This document shows positions 55,790-64,000 of a DNA stretch of 64,000 nucleotides, in pieces. Position numbers and translations under genes: made by a program. The notes under the pieces are model-generated. The model did not search any database. It had not been told where the DNA came from and saw only the letters and a program-made list of their open reading frames with translations. Numbering within the stretch: the stretch's first letter is position 1; each line of letters starts with the position of its first letter. The DNA is taken from NCBI GenBank assembly GCA_964016885.1, contig OZ024741.1:324694001-324758000 (forward strand). The letters run 5' to 3'. Origin of the DNA: Eledone cirrhosa (taxonomy: Eukaryota).

Positions 55790-56605
55790 GGGAAAACACT
55801 TATTGGCAAGACATACCCTTTCCAAAGGCCCTCGTGTATAGATAAGAAATGTATAACCTGTAAAATAAGCCCCCATATTGACTGTAAAACTAGAAATGTA
55901 GTGTATAGCATAAGGTGTACTGAAGGACAATGTAGAGACAAAATTATAGTGTACATAGGTGAGACAGCTCGTAGTGTAGGGGAACGGATAAATGAACACT
56001 GGCGAGACCTTCGGGATAGTAAAGAATCATCTGTACTCTACCAACATGCTAAAATAGAACACAAGGGTAAATTAGAGAACATAGAAATAAAAATAGAATC
56101 TACACACAGAAAAGACGCAATGTTTGGACAAATTACAGAGGCAATAAACATAAAAGAATTACAACCAAAATTAAATAGAAAATATGAGTGGAACAGCAAC
56201 ATCACAACTTACAATTAAGGACAAAATGAAAACACACACACACATAGAACAAACAACCAACCAGTAACATGTAAATAAACAAATAAATAAATGAACATAA
56301 ACATACACAGACACCCGAATGATGCGCAGACTGAGCACACAACACACACACAGAGACGGGGTGGCGTGGGACAGAGCAGGGGAGGGGCACAGAGACAGAG
56401 AGGGGGGTCCCCAGTCACTGAGGAGGTCACAGAGTGTGTGACGAGGGAGCTATGACTATGTATAAACAACTGTCTGGTTGTGGAACCAACCAACCAACCA
56501 GAAATTTATGGATTTATAAATTTATTATAAATTTATTATAATAAATTGAAGTGAAAGCAACTGGTGCGTGTGTTTCTTATTGGCAACATGACCCTCCCAA
56601 AGTAT

Positions 56606-56612
<7 letters not shown>
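55790..56612 (+). mobile_element. Naiad-like PLE family A, short 3' copy (A>G hypermutated)
   Basis: ORF 55901-56218 (GIY-YIG) is nearly identical to the C-terminus of 50763-51416. The 3' UTR is the reverse complement of 50380-50760. Flanked by (TA)n. Confidence 0.92.
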
Positions 56613-56699
<87 letters not shown>

Positions 56700-57433
56700 A
56701 TATATATATTACATTCATTTAATTTATTAATTTATTAATTTATTATTTGTGTGACCCGAATTTTCCTGGTCGTTTTTTCGGCTGTGCGAATGATTTTAAG
56801 CATTGTCTCTATGTGTTGGTATTTAAACGATAGTTATAGCTCTGGTTTACCCAAACTATTGAAACCTCTGCCACACATTTCGAAGATTGTGTTTCGTGAT
56901 TTCGTGGGCCGAGATCCCGATTCTCGATTATTTATTTGTATTTTTATATATATATATATATATATAAATATATATAAACATATATATATATATATATATA
57001 AATAAAGAATTAATATATCTAGTAACATATATATACATACAGATGCATATCAATGCTAGCAAATATATAGGTTTTGTCTTAGTAACTTTGTGGTTCAATG
57101 CATGGGGTTGCAGAACAAACCACTTTCCACTGATTGACCTCGATGTCACGTGATTGATTCTTTTTGAATTTGCCACCGACGCAGTAGGCAGTGATTTTCT
57201 CAATGGCTAGGAATTCAGTCCACGCTTTGCTATTTTCTATCCACTGAATTATTTTTGTATAAGTTTCCAGAGTCCATGCTTTGCCTGGATACTTAGCTGA
57301 GAATAGACTTCCCTGACGACGAAATGATTCTCTATATTTTCTTCGGAAAGTATATTTATTCCATTTCAGAAACTAATTAGTTGGGAGTGAAATTTTAGTA
57401 AGTAAGTTAATTTTATAATTTTCTTATTTTACG

Positions 57434-57483
<50 letters not shown>

Positions 57484-57485
<2 letters not shown>

Positions 57486-58050
57486 GTGGGAAAGTAAAAA
57501 ATCGGAGAATAGACCGTTAAAACATGTTTATTTAAAATATCACCTACGTACGTTTCGCCCAGTTGGGCTTCTCAAGGGCATAAATAATCACAAGTGTTCC
57601 TTATCTAGTTCGGAAAGAGTTTTGGGGGTTAAATCTACATCAAGATTCATTGCTCGCAAAAATATCTTGTTTTGATTTTGCAGCAGGTCAAGGGAGGTAA
57701 CTCTGGCCGGTGTTAGGGCAGTCTTTCCCGGATTATTATTTTTTTTTTTTTTTGTCGCATCCGTTTGTCTGAGGCTGGGTCTGGTATGCAAGGATTGTTT
57801 TCTCGGTGTTATTTTGCTGCGCCTGCCCGCCGGGGTGTTAACACTTGTTGCAGGGAGATCCAGTGTACCATTTCACTCTTCATTCTTAACCCATCTAAAG
57901 AAGGATATTTTTAAGCGATGTGTACAACTTATCGCTGTTTCAGCTCTGCTGTTGATGAGCTCGTGGGGTGCAGTTATGATGTGGTAGAGCTCAATGAGGC
58001 AAAGATCGCATTTCCTCTTGAAGTTGTACGGTGCAGCCCTGCCGACAATC
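57484..58050 (-). mobile_element. PLE 3' relic with atypical hammerhead
   Basis: Minus strand TTGAGAA-GCCCA.AC.TGGGC-GAAAC-GTAC-GTA at 57541-57579, followed by aaataaacatg; lies between TA tracts. Confidence 0.5.
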
Positions 58051-58117
58051 TATATATATAAACATTTATATTTATTATATATATATATATATATTTATAT
58101 ATATAAACATTTATATT

Positions 58118-58157
<40 letters not shown>

Positions 58158-58177
58158 ATTTATATTTATATATATAT

Positions 58178-58206
<29 letters not shown>

Positions 58207-58212
<6 letters not shown>

Positions 58213-59234
58213 AAGGTTAACATATACATAAAGTTATAGATATATACATGTTGCAACTGGTCACTTTTAAGCTCTATGAAGAATTAATAAATTAAAAAAT
58301 CAGAGCATTATATCATAAATCATGTCTTTAGAATCATCAGATAATAAAATATATACTATTTCTTCTTCTAATTAGCATAACTAACCATATAAAAAATCAA
58401 TCAGAACAAGCTATAAGATTAAATGCTCTTATGGGGAAATCTCCGACAAATAACCGAACGTAGCCTCTTCACGGCGGCCTCACTCGAGTATTTATCCAAC
58501 ATTTCGACAGCATGTAGAAACTGACTAAATATATCATCAACCATACACAATTAGGTGTAAAATTTAACTTAGAAGAAATGCGCACATATCGTAATTATAT
58601 CTCTACCATGGTTTCTTCCTTATTTTAGACATCCAAATAATAGGAATGTCCTGAGTTAGGATTCATCAGGAGACAAACTCAAAATCAGACATGTAGTTTT
58701 TCAATCCTATTCCGCCAAAAATAGATTCAAAAATGGCTAAGATACGCTATGTGGCTGTGGACAAGCCAGAGAGAAAGGATGTGATTGGTTGCTTACGGCG
58801 GGTAGGCTTGCTGCTAGAAAGCGCAGCCAAATATCGCCAAATTTAATCTCAACCTATTGGGAGATTATTAAATATAAAGGTTAACATATACATAAAGTTA
58901 TAGATATATACATGTTGCAACTGGTCAATTTTAAGCTCTATGAAGAATTAATAAATTAAAAAATCAGAGCATTATATCTAAGTTAAATTTTACACCTAAT
59001 TGTGTATGGTTGATGGTATATTTAGTCAGTTTCTACATGCTGTCGAAATGTTAGATAAATACTCGATTGAGGCCGCCGCGAAGAGGCTACGTTCGGTTAT
59101 TTGTCGGAGATTTCCCCATAAGAGCATTTATTCTTATAGCTTGTTCTGATTGATTTTTTATATGGTTAGTTATGCTAATTAGAAGAAGAAATAGTATATA
59201 TTTTATTATCTGATGATTCTAAAGACATGATTTA

Positions 59235-59240
<6 letters not shown>
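58207..59240. repeat. Direct plus inverted duplication complex
   Basis: 58872-58978 repeats 58207-58314 directly, then 58978-59240 is the reverse complement of about 58310-58571. Confidence 0.9.
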
Positions 59241-59295
<55 letters not shown>

Positions 59296-59340
59296 GAGAG
59301 TAAAACAAAGAATCCTTTAATACATCAAAAGTTTTTATTA

Positions 59341-59378
59341 GCCGACAATGTTTCGTCCTATTAAGGACTCATCAGGGC
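59341..59378 (-). ncRNA. Minimal type I hammerhead ribozyme (canonical core)
   Basis: GCC-CTGATGA-GTCCT-TAAT-AGGAC-GAAAC-ATT-GTC-GGC: perfect core, GUC cleavage triplet, stems I and II paired. Confidence 0.9.
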
Positions 59379-61189
59379 AATCAAAACAACAAGAAGTAAT
59401 ATCGGCAGATACAAGCCGGAAGCTCCTAAGAATATGGAGTGTACACACACTAAAGTCTTGCAAAAATATATAATAAAAATAAAAATAATAAAAATATATA
59501 ATAAGAATAACTAAGGATGTATATAACATTAAGAACCATATTACAAATATAGTCCAAAGCAACTAACCTAAAGCTAAACAAATGTGGTTATATAGAGCAG
59601 GAATTATATATAACACAATGTAATATAACATAATACATTATAATAATATACCTTTACCAACATTAAAATTACAATTAAAAATCAAAAGGTACAATATATA
59701 CATGTATATATGTGCGCACACACACACACACACACACATATATATACAACAATACGCACATCTATGTTCAACTACACAAATTAAGCCTTATTAGAAGTTT
59801 GAATATAAAAATAAGCATGATAAGAGTGAAAATAATACCAATACATCTACCCAATATACATGAGGCAATAATATGATATAATTACAAGAGACACATATAA
59901 TAAATAATAAACAATAAAATTATATAATTCAATATAATATAATAAAATAGATAATCCCCGGTTAATTTACACAAACAATATAGATGTCCCAATAATAATA
60001 TAATGATAATATGTTAACAATGTACTAACATTTACAATAAACAATATATACAAATCGATTCATACTGGGTTACAGAGTAAATGAGGAAAAATAAATTATA
60101 CAATACTAAAAAAACACTATGATGGTACAGAAAAAATTATGATGGTACAGAAAAAAATATACAGACATCTTACATGATATGTAAAGTCTAAATATCATAA
60201 TGTTACATATAATGAACAGTAAGTAATAAGGATCAATATTACAATATTACAAAAATACAGACATCTTACATGATATATAAAGTTTAAATGTCATAATGTT
60301 ACATATAATGAACAGTAAGCAATAAGGATCAATATTACAATACAATATAATATAATATATTATAAATTGACATAAAATAATATATAAATACTTATAATTA
60401 CAAGGTTAGTAGACAGACATATGTGGATGTGTAAGTAAAGCCAGACAGTGAATATAAAATATAGAATAAAATAATAAATATAATCAATCGGAAATTACAA
60501 AACAAAAACAAATATATACACATTTAGGTCTCACATGCAGTTAAGTAGTTAGGTAAAAACTAAGGAAAACAATCACTTTAATTGACTCAAAACCCTATTT
60601 GATAAATTAATATTAAAAATATTAAAACTATCCAATAAGGTAGTATAATATTAGCTGTAGTTTAAGTCATTAAAGTTTATAAACTTTAATATTTCGTTAC
60701 AAATGTTTACAAAAAGGAATGAAATTTTTTACTATCATATACATAACGATATCTAAAAAACTGACTTAAGTAGAATTAAGGTAGGCTAATGGGGACAGAA
60801 TTGAAGAAATATATGGAGGGTGCAAAGGGGCATAAAATATAGTCGATATACTATAATAAATAATAGAACGGAGCGTAAAAGAGGGGGGGTTAAATATAAT
60901 CATAGTCAATCTGGAGGGGTTGACAATAAGTTTATGTGCGCATGGGGGGAGGGGGGAGGGGAGGGGAGTTATCCAAAGATGAATCTGAATAAAATTAAAA
61001 ATAAAATTAAAAATAAAATTAAAAATAAAATTAATAATAAAAATAAAAATAAAGATAATAATAAAATAAAGTAAATGGCGTAAAGTGTGTAATCTTATAT
61101 ATATTAACAAGGTGTAATAGTGAAAACATAGATATGGTACAGTAGCCAAATGATTATGAGAGCTAGAATTAGAGGAATTAGTTATAACT

Positions 61190-63733
61190 TCGAAGTTATA
61201 ACTAATTCCTCTAATAGAACTTATATAGGATCTACTTCAAACACTTTTAAGACTAGGTTTAACTCTCATATCTCTAACTTCAAACATGTTAGGTTTAAGA
61301 ATTCTACTTCTTTAGCGCATTATATCTGGGATCTTAAGGGAGCTTATATACCATATAGCCTTAACTGGCGTTTAGTAGCACGCTCTAACCACCTTTCTAC
61401 ACATACTAAGTTTTGTAATCTCTGTATCCTTGAGACACACTCTATAATTTTCTCTAGCGTATCCTTACTTAATAGAAAGTCTGAGATATTCTCTTCTTGC
61501 CCCCACGCCATTTCTAATTCTTACTTTTATTATAAACCCAAACGTTCTAGTAGTACAAATTGTACCCATTAGCAGATATATTCCATTACTTATTTTTTAG
61601 TTTAGGTTCTTTTGTTTGCCAACATTATTGTTATCATCATTATTACCATTGGTTTTTGATGACTCTTCATTCTAGCTCTCATAATCATTTGGCTACTGTA
61701 CCATATCTATGTTTTCACTATTACACCTTGTTAATATATATAAGATTACACACTTTACGCCATTTACTTTATTTTATTATTATCTTTATTTTTATTTTTA
61801 TTATTAATTTTATTTTTAATTTTATTTTTAATTTTATTCAGATTCATCTTTGGATAACCCCCTCCCCTACCCCCTACCCCCCCCCCCCCCCCCCCCCACC
61901 CCGCATGCGCACATAAACTTATTGTCAACCCCTCCAGATTGACTATGATTATATTTAACGCTCTTTTACGCTCCGTTCTATTATTTATTATAGTATATCG
62001 ACTATATTTTATGCCCCTTTGCACCCTCCATATATTTCTTCAATTCTGTCCCCATTAGCCTACCTTAATTCTACTTAAGTCAGTTTTTTAGATATCGTTA
62101 TGTATATGATAGTAAAAAATTTCATTCCTTTTTGTAAACATTTGTAACGAAACATTAAAGTTTATAAACTTTAATGACTTAAACTACAGCTAATATTATA
62201 CTACCTTATTGGATAGTTTTAATATTTTTAATATTAATTTATCAAATAGGGTTTTGAGTCAATTAAAGTGATTGTTTTCCTTAGTTTTTACCTAACTACT
62301 TAACTGCATGTGAGACCTAAATGTGTATATATTTGTTTTTGTTTTGTAATTTCCGGTTGATTATATTTATTATTTTATTCTATATTTTATATTCTATTTA
62401 CTATTCACTGTCTGGCTTTACTTACACATCCACATATGTCTGTCTACTAACCTTGTAATTATAAGTATTTATATATTATTTTATGTCAATTTATAATATA
62501 TTATATTATATTGTATTGTAATATTGATCCTTATTGCTTACTGTTCATTATATGTAACATTATGATATTTAAACTTTACATATCATGTAAGATGTCTGTA
62601 TATTTTTTTCTGTACCATCATAATTTTTTCTGTACCATCATAGTGTTTTTTTAGTATTGTATAATTTATTTTTCCTCATTTACTCTGTAACCCAGTATGA
62701 ATCGATTTGTATATATTGTTTATTGTAAATGTTAGTACATTGTAAGATGTCTGTATTTTTGTAATATTGTAATATTGATCCTTATTACTTACTGTTCATT
62801 ATATGTAACATTATGATATTTAGACTTTACATATCATGTAAGATGTCTGTATATTTTTTTCTGTACCATCATAATTTTTTCTGTACCATCATAGTGTTTT
62901 TTTAGTATTGTATAATTTATTTTTCCTCATTTACTCTGTAACCCAGTATGAATCGATTTGTATATATTGTTTATTGTAAATGTTAGTACATTGTTAACAT
63001 ATTATCATTATATTATTATTGGGACATCTATATTGTTTGTGTAAATTAACCGGGGATTATCTATTTTATTATATTATATTGAATTATATAATTTTATTGT
63101 TTATTATTTATTATATGTGTCTCTTGTAATTATATCATATTATTGCCTCATGTATATTGGGTAGATGTATTGGTATTATTTTCACTCTTATCATGCTTAT
63201 TTTTAAATTCAAACTTCTAATAAGGCTTAATTTGTGTAGTTGAACATAGATGTGCGTATTGTTGTATATATGTGTGTGTGTGTGTGTGTGTGCGCGCACA
63301 TATATACATGTATATATTGTACCTTTTGATTTTTAATTGTAATTTTAATGTTGGTAAAGGTATATTATTATAATGTATTATGTTATATTACATTGTGTTA
63401 TATATAATTCCTGCTCTATATAACCACATTTGTTTAGCTTTAGGTTAGTTGCTTTGGACTATATTTGTAATATGGTTCTTAATGTTATATACATCCTTAG
63501 TTATTCTTATTATATATTTTTATTATTTTTATTTTTATTTTTATTTTTATTTTTATTATATATTTTTGCAAGACTTTAGTGTATGTACACTCCATATTCT
63601 TAGGAGCTTCCGGCTTGTATCTGCCGATATTACTTCTTGTTGTTTTGATTGCCCTTATGAGTCCTTAGTAGGACGAAACATTGTCGGCTAATAAAAACTT
63701 TTGATGTATTAAAGGATTCTTTGTTTTACTCTC

Positions 63734-63737
<4 letters not shown>
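61190..63737 (+). mobile_element. 5'-truncated PLE (GIY-YIG C-terminus plus a 3' UTR of about 2.1 kb); tentatively Nematis-like
   Basis: ORF 61150-61572: YIGSTSNTFKTRFNSH..TSLAHYIWDLK..CNLCILE..LLNRKSEIFSSCPH. Hammerhead near the 3' end; terminates in (TA)n. Confidence 0.82.
63651..63688 (+). ncRNA. Hammerhead ribozyme copy with core mutation (CTTATGA)
   Basis: GCC-CTTATGA-GTCCT-TAGT-AGGAC-GAAAC-ATT-GTC-GGC, the mirror of 59341-59378 with G5>U. Confidence 0.8.
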
Positions 63738-63770
<33 letters not shown>

Positions 63771-64000
63771 TAAATCATGTCTTTAGAATCATCAGATAAT
63801 AAAATATATACTATTTCTTCTTCTAATTAGCATAACTAACCATATAAAAAATCAATCAGAACAAGCTATAAGAATAAATGCTCTTATGGGGAAATCTCCG
63901 ACAAATAACCGAACGTAGCCTCTTCGCGGCGGCCTCAATCGAGTATTTATCTAACATTTCGACAGCATGTAGAAACTGACTAAATATACCATCAACCATA

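Larger units (their letters stand above)
59005..64000. repeat. Giant inverted repeat (arms over 2.1 kb, 499-bp spacer), continues past the window end
   Basis: 59005-61169 is the reverse complement of 61669-64000 with few substitutions, microsatellite length differences and an extra duplication of about 150 bp in the right arm (about 62590-62742). Confidence 0.95.

Noticed and set aside
58640-58672. CTGATGA-ATCC..GGAC on the minus strand as a hammerhead
   Set aside because: Lacks the GAAA box and stem III.

Overview
AT-rich animal genomic DNA with no supportable host gene. It is dense in (TA)n, (CA)n, (GA)n and (GATA)n microsatellites and made up almost entirely of transposable elements. The SINE types and composition suggest a cephalopod (Octopus-like) genome, which is an inference. 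Main contents: (i) Penelope-like elements (PLEs; RT + GIY-YIG) of Neptune-like, Naiad-like and a third type, all sitting in (TA)n tracts, usually with inverted terminal copies, fold-back hairpins and minimal hammerhead ribozymes; (ii) a head-to-tail array of Tx1/L1-clade LINEs, each bounded by (GATA)n; (iii) remnants of RTE, R4/Dong-like, CRE-like and Chapaev3-like elements, a TA-flanked MITE, SINEs and a tRNA-like sequence. The most striking observation concerns the Naiad-like copy at 55790-56612. Relative to its inverted sister copy at 50320-51190 it carries a dense, one-directional cluster of A>G changes: by manual alignment about 26 A>G and 0 G>A in about 155 nt, mostly avoiding a 5' G. 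The cluster destroys the hammerhead core. This looks like ADAR A-to-I hyper-editing that reverse transcription fixed in the genome. All alignments and counts were done by eye, and coordinates of degenerate elements are approximate.
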